DNA of 64,000 nucleotides from Chitinophagales bacterium (GTDB taxonomy: Bacteria; Bacteroidota; Bacteroidia; Chitinophagales; Chitinophagaceae), in assembly GCA_020636575.1 (NCBI GenBank), contig JACJXP010000001.1:670050-734049 (forward strand). Direction: 5' to 3'. Of this stretch, positions 1 to 8,906 are shown piece after piece (within the stretch, counting starts at the first letter, position 1; every line of letters begins with the position of its first letter). The position numbers and the translations under genes are program-made. The notes beneath the pieces are model-generated. The model had not been told where the DNA came from, did not search any database, and worked only from the letters and a program-made list of their open reading frames with translations.

Positions 1-377
1 TCATATCTCACCAGGGCAATATCAAACAAACCTGCCTGCCAGTTAGTAAGAGCATAATGTTTTAACTGCCCGGCATCCTTTAGTTTTTTGAATATTGCTA
101 CCGTATCATGTATGGGGCCACCCAGCATATCCGTCCACCGGCCATAAAAATCTCTGATCGCAGTTTCCCATTCCGGAAACTGCTGAACCAGTTCCTGTGT
201 AGCTTCTACAATGGAGCGGCCGGCATCCTGTTCTTCATTCCAGTCATGTGTACAGATATTGGAAAAGAAATATTCTCTCTTCTTTTCTGAATCAAAATAA
301 TTCTCGTCAAAAACGTATTTAGGGTTCCAGTCTATCAACACACCTCCCAGGTCCCAGATTATTGTATCAATGGCCAT
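1..377 (-). CDS. HAD-superfamily phosphatase (runs off the window's left edge)
   Basis: Not in the ORF track. Hand translation from ATG at 377 gives MAIDTIIWDLGGVLIDWNPKYVF...ALTNWQ, with HAD motif I (DLGGVL) and a motif II-like LTN. Confidence 0.85.
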   Translation of the reverse strand, partial: MAIDTIIWDLGGVLIDWNPKYVFDENYFDSEKKREYFFSNICTHDWNEEQDAGRSIVEATQELVQQFPEWETAIRDFYGRWTDMLGGPIHDTVAIFKKLKDAGQLKHYALTNWQAGLFDIALVRY

Positions 378-379
378 AA

Positions 380-640
380 TTACCGGTGATTGTATTTCAA
401 TTTAAGTAAGATCATTATAGCCGACATGAACAACATGATGATATTGGTTACCATGATAACCCAATTATTTATCATTACTCCATAAGTAAGCCACAGGATC
501 TCATTTACAAAAGCAATAATGAACATATACAACGAAACCTCTTTTGCAGCTTTTTCTCTCCATGTTTTAACTACCTGTGGTAAAAAGGTGAATGCGGTCA
601 GGGCGCCTGCAGCATAGCCCATAATATCGGCAGAACTCAT
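380..640 (-). CDS. SemiSWEET/PQ-loop sugar transporter
   Basis: 86 aa, three hydrophobic helices, FLPQVVKTW PQ motif. ATGA overlap with the upstream GH97 stop. Confidence 0.9.
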   Translation of the reverse strand: MSSADIMGYAAGALTAFTFLPQVVKTWREKAAKEVSLYMFIIAFVNEILWLTYGVMINNWVIMVTNIIMLFMSAIMILLKLKYNHR

Positions 641-2811
641 TTACTCTTTTTATTTCTTTTTAGCATTTGTTTGATCTCCTTTTTCATCAGCGTTTCTTCA
701 TCCTTTGTCAGCGGAACAAAACTAATAGCCGTGCCACCACCAGGTGCCAGTTTCAATGAAACTGTTGAATTGTTGTTAACCAACTGCTTCTCTATCCTGT
801 ATGCTTCCGGGTTCTTTTCCCAATCCGCATCCTCTGCATCCTGGTAAATAGTGGCATAAAATATCTTTCCTTCATCAAGAAAGCTGGTTGAAACAGAGAA
901 TTGTCTCGCATTTTCATCTGTTATTGCTCCCAGAAACCAATTACCAGATCCTTTGGCTTTCCTGGCTTCAACAATATAATCACCGGGCTCAGCTTCCAGT
1001 ATTTTAGTATCGTCCCAATCTACCGCTACATCCTTTATAAACTGGAAAGCATCAGGGTATAGATCATAATTCTCCGGCAAGTCGGCAGCCATTTGCAAAG
1101 GACTGTACATTGTAATATATAATGCCAGTTGTTTGGCCAGTGTGGTATGAACCTGTTCCTTTTTTCCCGGGTTATAATAACTCATTTTTATTTTGAAAAT
1201 ACCCGGAGTGTAATCCATCGGTCCACCCATCAATCTTGTAAAAGGCAATATGGTCTCATGCTCAGGCGGATTACCCGAACTCCATGCATTGAATTCATTT
1301 CCTCTCGCTGCTTCGCTGGCCAGCCAGTTGGGATATGTTCTGTGTAAGCCAGTTGAACGAACAGGTTCATGCATATCCACCATAATATGGTAGTCTGCTG
1401 TTTTTTTTGCCACTCTTTCAAAGTGCCTTATCATCCATTGTCCGTCATGATGTTCTCCACGGGGGATAATTCTTCCTACATAGCCCGTCTTAACGGCATC
1501 ATAGCCATGATTTTTCATAAACCGGTACGCAGTATCCATCCATCTTTCATAATTAGTTACAGAAGCAGAAGTTTCATGATGCATGATCAGTTTTACTCCT
1601 TTTGACGCTGCATACCGCTGCAACTCATTTACATCGAAATCCGGGTAAGGTGTTACAAAATCAAAAACATCTTCTTTCCATTGGCCAAACCAATCTTCCC
1701 ATCCTGTATTCCATCCCTCTACCAATACACTGGGTATCCCACTCTTTGCGGCAAAATCTATATATCGTTTTACATTGGCAGTATTTGCTCCATGGGGAAC
1801 TTTAGTGGCCTGTTGTGAACCAACCTGTCCACCGCTGTAATCCCAGCTGTTTTTGCCTACATGCATCTCCCACCAAACGCCGACAAATTTTTGCGGTTTT
1901 ATCCATGAAGTATTTTCAATTTTAGAGGGCTCATTCAGATTCAGGACCATTTTTGAAGCAAGTATCTCCCTGGCATCATCGCTTATCACAATCGTTCTCC
2001 ATGGTGTTTTTGCAGGGGCAATCATATAGGCTTTATTGCCCACCGCATCCGGAACAAGATGAGAAGTAAAGGTGAAAGTATTTCTATTCAGCACCAGGTT
2101 CATGGCGGGGTAATTAACCAAAGCTGCTTCATGAATATTCACATAAATACCTTCATCTGTTTTCATCATGAGAGGTGTTTGCACTGCATTTTTATCAAAA
2201 AATGTTTTGGCATGAATTTCTGCTACCAGTTTACCGCTGCTGGCATCTACCTCACTTAATTTGGTTGTGTTGTACCAGTATTCGTTTGTATCATAATCAC
2301 CCGGGATCCACCATACTTTATGATCCCCTGTCATCGCAAACTGAGTAAGTTCATCTGCTACAATAAAATGCTTTAGATTGGCCTGCTCCGGAAATTCATA
2401 GCGAAATCCTGCTCCATCATTAAAGACCCTTACTATAAACCTGATAATGACATCATTTGTACCCTGTAGCGTTAATGCAAGTTCATTATAATGATTACGA
2501 ATACTTTTTACTTCTCCCCAAACAGGCTCCCAGGTCCCGTCTTTATTACTCTTTTTTGTATTTGTAAGAACAAAAGAATTAAGCGTTACCTCGGGTACTT
2601 TTAGCACAAACCCGATAGCTGATGGTTTGATAACCTGTTTGCCTTTATAATCAATCGCATAAAAAAAAGATTTCCCCTTAGTGCTGCTTCCTGCTGAGGT
2701 TACCCGGAATATGATTTTCCCATCCGGGGAAGTGATACTGTCAATTACATCGGCCTTTGCTGCATAAAATAACAATATCATGGATAGCCATAATCCAATC
2801 CGTTTGTACAT
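637..2811 (-). CDS. susB: Glycoside hydrolase family 97 alpha-glucosidase (SusB-like)
   Basis: Signal peptide. GH97 motifs GVWWEMH, LVEGWN, MHHETS, ARGNEF, GPMDYTPG, SPLQMAADLPENY. Confidence 0.9.
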   Translation of the reverse strand: MYKRIGLWLSMILLFYAAKADVIDSITSPDGKIIFRVTSAGSSTKGKSFFYAIDYKGKQVIKPSAIGFVLKVPEVTLNSFVLTNTKKSNKDGTWEPVWGEVKSIRNHYNELALTLQGTNDVIIRFIVRVFNDGAGFRYEFPEQANLKHFIVADELTQFAMTGDHKVWWIPGDYDTNEYWYNTTKLSEVDASSGKLVAEIHAKTFFDKNAVQTPLMMKTDEGIYVNIHEAALVNYPAMNLVLNRNTFTFTSHLVPDAVGNKAYMIAPAKTPWRTIVISDDAREILASKMVLNLNEPSKIENTSWIKPQKFVGVWWEMHVGKNSWDYSGGQVGSQQATKVPHGANTANVKRYIDFAAKSGIPSVLVEGWNTGWEDWFGQWKEDVFDFVTPYPDFDVNELQRYAASKGVKLIMHHETSASVTNYERWMDTAYRFMKNHGYDAVKTGYVGRIIPRGEHHDGQWMIRHFERVAKKTADYHIMVDMHEPVRSTGLHRTYPNWLASEAARGNEFNAWSSGNPPEHETILPFTRLMGGPMDYTPGIFKIKMSYYNPGKKEQVHTTLAKQLALYITMYSPLQMAADLPENYDLYPDAFQFIKDVAVDWDDTKILEAEPGDYIVEARKAKGSGNWFLGAITDENARQFSVSTSFLDEGKIFYATIYQDAEDADWEKNPEAYRIEKQLVNNNSTVSLKLAPGGGTAISFVPLTKDEETLMKKEIKQMLKRNKKSK

Positions 2812-2854
2812 ATCGCTAAGTTTTTATGAAGTTATGAAGGATATATAAATTAGC

Positions 2855-3601
2855 TCATCTTCTTTCAAACAACCACCAAAACCTTTTCCTGGGTTTTATC
2901 TTGTAATTGCTGCTGATATAATACTTGATATGATCAATAGCTTCATCAATGTCATCTGTTACCAAAACCAAATTCATATCGCCTGGAGAAATAGTTCCGT
3001 TCTCTTCCATATGCTTGATCGTTTTAAGTAGCGGGGCATAAAATTCTTTTCCAAATAATACGATCGGGAATTGGGTAATAGTATTAGTTTGTACCAATGT
3101 AAGTGTTTCAAAAAATTCATCCATGGTACCAAAACCACCAGGCATAATGATAAAGGCATATGAATATTTTACCAGCAACACTTTTCTTACAAAGAAATGC
3201 TCAAACGTCATTGATTTATGCAGGTAAGGATTTTCATGCTGTTCAAAGGGGAGTTGAATATTACAACCTACAGATTGACCCCCGTTTTCAAAAGCACCCC
3301 TGTTCGCTGCTTCCATAATACCCGGGCCACCTCCGGTCATGGTGGTGAATCCTAATTGTGCGATACGTTTGCCAAATTCCCTTGCATTTATATAATGGGG
3401 ATTATCTTCCTTGAACCGGGCTGAACCAAAAACGGTGATACAGGGGCCAACAAAATGCAGTGTTCGGAAACCTTTGATAAATTGTCTGAAAACCCGCCAT
3501 GCAAATAAAAATTCATATCCCCTGCTCTTGGGGCCATCTAAAAAAACATGCTTTTTCTGAGGGATCAGGTGTTCTGCTGTTTGTTTAATTGTTTCTTCCA
3601 T
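2855..3601 (-). CDS. LOG-family nucleotide phosphoribohydrolase (TIGR00730-like)
   Basis: TVFGSAR, TGGGPGIMEAANRGA, PGGFGTMDE motifs. Confidence 0.9.
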   Translation of the reverse strand: MEETIKQTAEHLIPQKKHVFLDGPKSRGYEFLFAWRVFRQFIKGFRTLHFVGPCITVFGSARFKEDNPHYINAREFGKRIAQLGFTTMTGGGPGIMEAANRGAFENGGQSVGCNIQLPFEQHENPYLHKSMTFEHFFVRKVLLVKYSYAFIIMPGGFGTMDEFFETLTLVQTNTITQFPIVLFGKEFYAPLLKTIKHMEENGTISPGDMNLVLVTDDIDEAIDHIKYYISSNYKIKPRKRFWWLFERR

Positions 3602-3659
3602 AGTATATGTATATTGCTATACATTTAAAATTAAAGGCTTTTAGCTATAAAATCAGAAG

Positions 3660-4427
3660 ATGCGAATAATATCTTACAACGTAAATGGCATCAGGGCTGC
3701 TATTAAAAAAGGATTTATTGATTGGTTAAAAACAGATCCTGCTGATGTGATATGCGTACAGGAAACAAAAGCCACAGAAGGGGATGTGGATGTAAAAAAA
3801 ATAGAAGAACTCGGCTTCCAGCATTACTGGTATTCTGCTCAAAAAAAAGGCTATAGTGGCGTAGCAGTGTTTACAAAAATAAAACCAGACAAAGTTGAAT
3901 TTGGAAATGGTCATAAAGCCAGTGATGACGAAGGCCGGGTCATCCAACTTGATTTTAAAGATACCCGGCTCATCAATGCTTATTTTCCTTCAGGAACTTC
4001 GGGAGATGAAAGACAGGATTTCAAGTACAAATGGCTGGATGAGTTCTATAAATATGTAGGTAAACTGAAGAAAAAATACCCGAAGCTGATCCTTTGTGGT
4101 GATTATAACATTGCTCACAAAGAAATTGATATTCATGACCCGAAAGGCAATAAAAAATCCAGTGGTTTTTTACCTGAAGAAAGAGAATGGATGACAAAAT
4201 TTTTGGATAGTGGCTGGATAGATACATTCCGGGAATTTCATCCTGAACCACACCGGTACAGCTGGTGGAGCCAACGTTTTCCCAGTGTAAGATTGAATAA
4301 CAAAGGATGGAGAATTGATTATATCAATGTAACAGATTCTCTCAAAAAAAATATTAAGGACGCAGATATCTTTCCTGATATCAAACATTCTGACCACTGC
4401 CCGGTATATCTTGATATCAAAGTTTAA
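3660..4427 (+). CDS. xth: Exodeoxyribonuclease III
   Basis: SYNVNGIRA, QETK, GDYNIAH, WRIDY, SDHCP. Confidence 0.95.
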   Translation: MRIISYNVNGIRAAIKKGFIDWLKTDPADVICVQETKATEGDVDVKKIEELGFQHYWYSAQKKGYSGVAVFTKIKPDKVEFGNGHKASDDEGRVIQLDFKDTRLINAYFPSGTSGDERQDFKYKWLDEFYKYVGKLKKKYPKLILCGDYNIAHKEIDIHDPKGNKKSSGFLPEEREWMTKFLDSGWIDTFREFHPEPHRYSWWSQRFPSVRLNNKGWRIDYINVTDSLKKNIKDADIFPDIKHSDHCPVYLDIKV

Positions 4428-4429
4428 AA

Positions 4430-4735
4430 ATGATCGTTTATAATATCACTATCAAAATACATCCGGGTATTGAAAAAGAATGGATACGCTGGCAAAAAGA
4501 AGAACATATCCCGGATATAATGTCTTCCCAGAACTTCATAGAATATAAATTTTACAAATTACTGGATCAAAATGAAGATGATGGATTGACTTATGTAGTT
4601 CAATACACCGCTTCTTCTATAGAAGATTACAAGAATTACATAACTAATACTGCTCCTTTGCTAAGAGAAAAAGCTATTAAAAAATGGGGAGATAAATTCA
4701 TTGCATTCAGAACAGTAATGCAGGTTGTGAATTGA
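4430..4735 (+). CDS. DUF4286-like protein
   Basis: MIVYNITIK...W..W.KEEHIP...TYVVQY pattern typical of this Bacteroidota family. Confidence 0.75.
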   Translation: MIVYNITIKIHPGIEKEWIRWQKEEHIPDIMSSQNFIEYKFYKLLDQNEDDGLTYVVQYTASSIEDYKNYITNTAPLLREKAIKKWGDKFIAFRTVMQVVN

Positions 4736-4971
4736 GTGTGCAAAAGAAAATATATCATGAACATAGTAGCTGGGGACAAAATATAACCGGGTCCTGAATT
4801 TTGACAGATGCCCTGGAATGCAGGCTGGTATTGAGTTTCAGAGACTTCATCTTATCCGGGATAGGTTACAACTAAATTCATTTCCTCCGAAACCATTATC
4901 TGGTGCGGCTTTCAGCTTATTTATACAGCTTGATTTAAAACAAAAATATTTTGCCGGAAATAAAAAGCCTA

Positions 4972-4979
4972 TAAATTTG
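4972..4979 (+). promoter_or_regulatory. Bacteroidota sigmaA -7 element for the HU gene
   Basis: TAAATTTG (TAnnTTTG), 32 nt upstream of the ATG. Confidence 0.55.
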
Positions 4980-5011
4980 TCTGCACTACTAAAACAACTA
5001 AATACTATACT

Positions 5012-5281
5012 ATGAACAAAGCTGATCTGATTGCTAAGGTATCTGAAGATGCAGGCATTACTAAAACACAAGCCAATGCTGCACTAGATTCATTTGTAGA
5101 AGCCGTTACCAAAACTTTAAAGAGTGGAGGGAAGGTTACACTTGTTGGTTTTGGTACTTTTTCAGTTTCAAAAAGGTCTGCCCGAAATGGCCGTAATCCC
5201 CAAACCGGTGAGACCATCAAAATAAAAGCCCGGAAAGTTGCCCGTTTTAAAGCCGGCAAAGAATTAGCCAGTAAGATCTGA
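5012..5281 (+). CDS. hup: DNA-binding protein HU
   Basis: MNKADLI...VTLVGFGTF...RNGRNPQTG...FKAGKEL. Confidence 0.97.
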   Translation: MNKADLIAKVSEDAGITKTQANAALDSFVEAVTKTLKSGGKVTLVGFGTFSVSKRSARNGRNPQTGETIKIKARKVARFKAGKELASKI

Positions 5282-5298
5282 TCAGTAAAAAATATTTA

Positions 5299-5333
5299 AA
5301 AAAACTCCGTTCTTTCAGAGAATGGAGTTTTTT
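5299..5333 (+). terminator. Intrinsic terminator after HU
   Basis: Inverted repeat aaaactccgttct/agaatggagtttt (one G-U pair) followed by a T-tract. Confidence 0.65.
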
Positions 5334-5361
5334 ATGATAAACAATTAAAAACTAAAATACC

Positions 5362-5478
5362 ATGGGAAGAGGTGATAAAAGAACAGCAAAAGGAAAAAGA
5401 TTCGCAGGCTCATTTGGAAAAAGCAGGCCTGCTAAAAAGAAAGCCGCAACTAAGAAAAAAGCAGCCAAGAAAAAATAG
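5362..5478 (+). CDS. thx: 30S ribosomal protein bTHX (38 aa, below the ORF-track cutoff)
   Basis: Hand translation MGRGDKRTAKGKRFAGSFGKSRPAKKKAATKKKAAKKK* matches the Thx pattern MG[KR]GD[KR][KR]T.[KR]GK...GS[FY]GK.RP. Confidence 0.9.
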   Translation: MGRGDKRTAKGKRFAGSFGKSRPAKKKAATKKKAAKKK

Positions 5479-5502
5479 TTGACAATTTAAGTAATGTAAC
5501 AG

Positions 5503-6147
5503 TTAAGGAGATAATCTTTCTCTTTTCCACTTACCATTTTCTTTAAGTGTGTACTGTAGCCTGTCATGCAAGCGTCCGGGACGACCTTGCCAGAATTCGA
5601 TGATAACAGGTTTAACAAGATAACCACCCCAACTCGAAGGCCTGGGAACTTCCTTGCCTTTCAGTTGCTTTTTTAATCTGTTAAATCGTTTATCCAGGGA
5701 TTTTCTGTTTTTGATAACTCTGCTCTGGAATGATGCTAAAGCCCCTACCTGGCTTGCAAATGGCCTTGAGTGAAAGTATTCATCATTGCTCGCATCATCC
5801 AATTTCTCGACTATCCCCGTAATTCGTATTTGTCGCTCTAAATGCCGCCAGAAAATAACCAGGCAGGCTTTGGGATTTTCCGCCAATTGCATCCCTTTAT
5901 AACTATCATAATTAGAAAAAAAAGTAAATCCTCTTTTGCTTACATCTTTTAATAACACTATTCTGGCTGAAGGGGTTCCATCCGCTGATGCAGTGGCCAG
6001 TGTCATTGCGTTCAACTCCTCAACTTCAGCCGCAAGTGCCTGTTTCCACCATTTTTCAAATAACACAAGCGGGTCAGCAGGTGCATTAATTTCCAGTAAT
6101 TTTCTTTTTGAATACGTTTTTCTGATAGCAGAAATATTAGCCTTCAT
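5503..6147 (-). CDS. pdxH: Pyridoxamine 5'-phosphate oxidase
   Basis: AMTLATA, PSARIVLLK, RQIRI.G, EFWQGRPGRLHDR, RLSP. -7 element TAATTTTG at 6164-6171 (minus). Confidence 0.95.
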   Translation of the reverse strand: MKANISAIRKTYSKRKLLEINAPADPLVLFEKWWKQALAAEVEELNAMTLATASADGTPSARIVLLKDVSKRGFTFFSNYDSYKGMQLAENPKACLVIFWRHLERQIRITGIVEKLDDASNDEYFHSRPFASQVGALASFQSRVIKNRKSLDKRFNRLKKQLKGKEVPRPSSWGGYLVKPVIIEFWQGRPGRLHDRLQYTLKENGKWKRERLSP

Positions 6148-6228
6148 GCTCTTGAATTTGCTGCAAAATTAGAATGGGCTTTTTAGATTATCCCAATTAA
6201 ATTTAGTCTTTGTAACTCTTAGAGAGGG

Positions 6229-7272
6229 TTAGTCGCCTTTGAATTGCTTTTTTTCCAGCTCTTCTTTTTCCTGGGAAACAACATTTAACATACTTTCCAG
6301 CTCTCCCAGTCTTTTTATCTGGCTTTCCAGTTTTTTATTGGTGTCTGCAACTGCTTGCATATCATTATTCAATTCTTCAAGATAAGCTACCTGTTTCTGG
6401 AGTTGCTGATTCTTATGCTGCTCGGTCCGTAATTTATCCTGCGTTTCACCGAGCTGCTGATGAAGCTCTTTGTTCTCGTTGATCATTGCATTATATTTTA
6501 CTTTTTGTTCATCAAACTCCTCAGTGATCTTAGCATACCCTTCTTTCAGATCTTCATATTCAAGGCTTATCTTCTTTGAAGCTGCCACCTGGTTCTCCAG
6601 TTTTTGAATTTTATCCTGCAGCACCCCAAACTCATTGTAGGCATTATCCAGCATGGAGGTCATTTCTTTTGTAAGATGTGCTTTCTCTTCTATATTATGT
6701 ATTTCCTTCTCTTTGTGAGATAGCTTTGATTTCAAATCATCTATCTTCTGGTTTAACTCATCATTGTAACGCAGGATCTCCTGTTGTTTTTGTTCCGCTT
6801 CTTTTATTACATCTATCTGGCTAAGCAACTTATTGATCTTATCATTATGATCCAGCAAACTCGATTGTGCCAGCCGCAATTGCTCCAGGTAATCTGGTTT
6901 ATCTGTATGAGACGCAGGTAGTTGTTCTTGCGATAAAACTGTAGCCGAATTTTTAACTTCCTCCAGTTCTCTTTTTAATTGCTTGTTTTCCTTTCTTAAC
7001 TCTTCGGCCTCGATAGAATTGATATTATCATTCTCCTCTATATCCGTTAACCGGGTACGCAGCTTTTCAAGTTCCTTATCCTTAAATTCTATATCGTTGA
7101 AATACCTGAGCTTCCAGCTCTCCAGCTCCCGGTTTACTTTATCCGACTCGCCAGAAGTAACGGCTTTAAATGAGCGGCGGCTGGATATAAAAAAATGGAT
7201 GGTAATGCCAAGCGTAACTGCTCCAAGCATTAATACAATGATCTCAATAATAGAAAGACTAAGACTCCCCAT
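6229..7272 (-). CDS. Membrane-anchored long coiled-coil protein
   Basis: N-terminal hydrophobic helix followed by ~300 aa of E/K/Q/L-rich heptad sequence. Confidence 0.7.
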   Translation of the reverse strand: MGSLSLSIIEIIVLMLGAVTLGITIHFFISSRRSFKAVTSGESDKVNRELESWKLRYFNDIEFKDKELEKLRTRLTDIEENDNINSIEAEELRKENKQLKRELEEVKNSATVLSQEQLPASHTDKPDYLEQLRLAQSSLLDHNDKINKLLSQIDVIKEAEQKQQEILRYNDELNQKIDDLKSKLSHKEKEIHNIEEKAHLTKEMTSMLDNAYNEFGVLQDKIQKLENQVAASKKISLEYEDLKEGYAKITEEFDEQKVKYNAMINENKELHQQLGETQDKLRTEQHKNQQLQKQVAYLEELNNDMQAVADTNKKLESQIKRLGELESMLNVVSQEKEELEKKQFKGD

Positions 7273-7419
7273 GACAACTTCGGCTATTTTAGAAAGCTAT
7301 TGAAAAAAAATTAATTCTATGTCAATAGTTTTTCACAGGTGAGGCATTGGAAGAGCCTGCAAGATAAATGTTGTGAGTTACCAGCAAATAGTAAATATAC
7401 GTATATAACAGTCAGAGAA

Positions 7420-8130
7420 TTATCGAACTAAAGTACCCACTTTTTCTCCCGTCACAACCATTCGAAGATTATCTTCCTTGTTCATATCAAAAACAATGAT
7501 GGGCAGATTATTTTCCATACAGAGAGTGAAAGCGGTCATATCCATAACCCTCAGGTTATTTGTAAGGCATTCCTGGAAGCTGATAACATTGTATTTGGTT
7601 GCGGTAGGGTCTTTTTCAGGATCGGCAGTATAAATACCGTCTACCCTGGTACCTTTTAAGATCACATCAGCATTGATCTCAATAGCCCTGAGAGAGCCAG
7701 CTGTATCTGTAGTAAAATAGGGATTTCCCGTTCCTGCCCCAAATATCACCACACGGCCCTTTTCAAGATGCCGGATGGCTCTGCGTCGTATATAGGGTTC
7801 AGCGATCTGTTCCATTTTTATGGCACTCTGTAAACGGGTGTAGATGCCCACTTTCTCAAGACCAGCCTGCAATGCCATACCATTGATAACCGTGGCCAGC
7901 ATTCCCATATAATCCCCGTGAGCTCTTTCAATACCCGTGTCTGCCTCATTCATTCCACGGTAAATATTACCTCCGCCAATTACAACAGCAACCTGCACAC
8001 CTAGATCGGTAATGGACTTAATATCATGTGCATATTGTGCAATTACATCAGTATCAAAACCATAGCTTTTATCGCCCATCAGGGCTTCACCGGATAACTT
8101 GAGAAGAACTCGTTTATATTTTGGAAGCAT
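7420..8130 (-). CDS. pyrH: UMP kinase
   Basis: [35 protein letters not shown]. Confidence 0.97.
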   Translation of the reverse strand: MLPKYKRVLLKLSGEALMGDKSYGFDTDVIAQYAHDIKSITDLGVQVAVVIGGGNIYRGMNEADTGIERAHGDYMGMLATVINGMALQAGLEKVGIYTRLQSAIKMEQIAEPYIRRRAIRHLEKGRVVIFGAGTGNPYFTTDTAGSLRAIEINADVILKGTRVDGIYTADPEKDPTATKYNVISFQECLTNNLRVMDMTAFTLCMENNLPIIVFDMNKEDNLRMVVTGEKVGTLVR

Positions 8131-8188
8131 GAAAAATAATTGATTGTAGCGGGGCGAAGATAACGGAATTGCTTTAATGCCGGCTCAG

Positions 8189-8860
8189 TTAAATCCATTT
8201 GTTTTTATAGGCAAGACTGATGATCTGCGCCTTTGAATTAACATGCAGTTTCAGGTAAATATTGGCAATATGTTTTCTGATCGTTAATACACTTATATCC
8301 AGTTCAGCGCTTATTTTTTTTGCATCCCACCCATTGATCATATACTTTAAGATCTCTTTTTCCCTATCCGTTACACTTTCAGGAATTCCCTGTCCACTTT
8401 CTTCCTGTTCCGGCAATACTGAAGATGTGCTTAATAAACGTAATGTCTTTCTTGCAATTGCCGGACTCATGGGTGCCCCTCCGTATTCAATCACATTTGA
8501 AACAGCTTCTATCAAAACGTTAGCCGGCTCATGCTTTAATAAATATCCCGATGCTCCTGACCTGATCGCTTCAAATATTTTTTCATCATCATCAAAAACA
8601 GTAAGTACTATAAAATAAACGGTATCATATAATGATTTTGCGATCCGGATGGTCTCAATACCATTCATACCTGGCATTTCCAGGTCCATAAATATCACAT
8701 GGGGAAGTTTGTGATGTGGCAATCCTTTCAGTTGTTCAAGACAATCGTTGCCATCTACTGCTGTAAAAACAATCTCAACATCATTTAATACTTTAATTTT
8801 TTGCAGAAAAGTATTCTTGTTAATTATATTATCCTCAACTAAAGCAAGTCTGAAACGCAT
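8189..8860 (-). CDS. NarL/LuxR-family response regulator
   Basis: REC domain (VEDN, FMDLEMPGMNG, GYLLK) plus LuxR HTH (TDREKEIL...TIRKHIANIYLKLHV). Confidence 0.92.
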   Translation of the reverse strand: MRFRLALVEDNIINKNTFLQKIKVLNDVEIVFTAVDGNDCLEQLKGLPHHKLPHVIFMDLEMPGMNGIETIRIAKSLYDTVYFIVLTVFDDDEKIFEAIRSGASGYLLKHEPANVLIEAVSNVIEYGGAPMSPAIARKTLRLLSTSSVLPEQEESGQGIPESVTDREKEILKYMINGWDAKKISAELDISVLTIRKHIANIYLKLHVNSKAQIISLAYKNKWI

Positions 8861-8893
8861 ATTAATAAAGCTATTTTAGTCAGTTCTTCAAAA

Positions 8894-8906
8894 AAATACT
8901 CAATTT
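8894..8906 (-). promoter_or_regulatory. Putative response-regulator operator, copy A
   Basis: AAATTGAGTATTT on the minus strand, identical to 10899-10911 on the plus strand. Confidence 0.45.

Noticed and set aside
4726-4779. DnaA-box-like 9-mers (TGTGAATTG, TGTGCAAAA, TGGGGACAA) suggesting oriC
   Set aside because: Only one fits TTWTNCACA. No clear unwinding element or dnaA/gidA context, and GC skew cannot be computed here.
4818-5259. ORFs 4818-5015, 4847-5071 and 5005-5259
   Set aside because: They overlap the HU promoter or lie antisense to HU, with no recognisable protein features.
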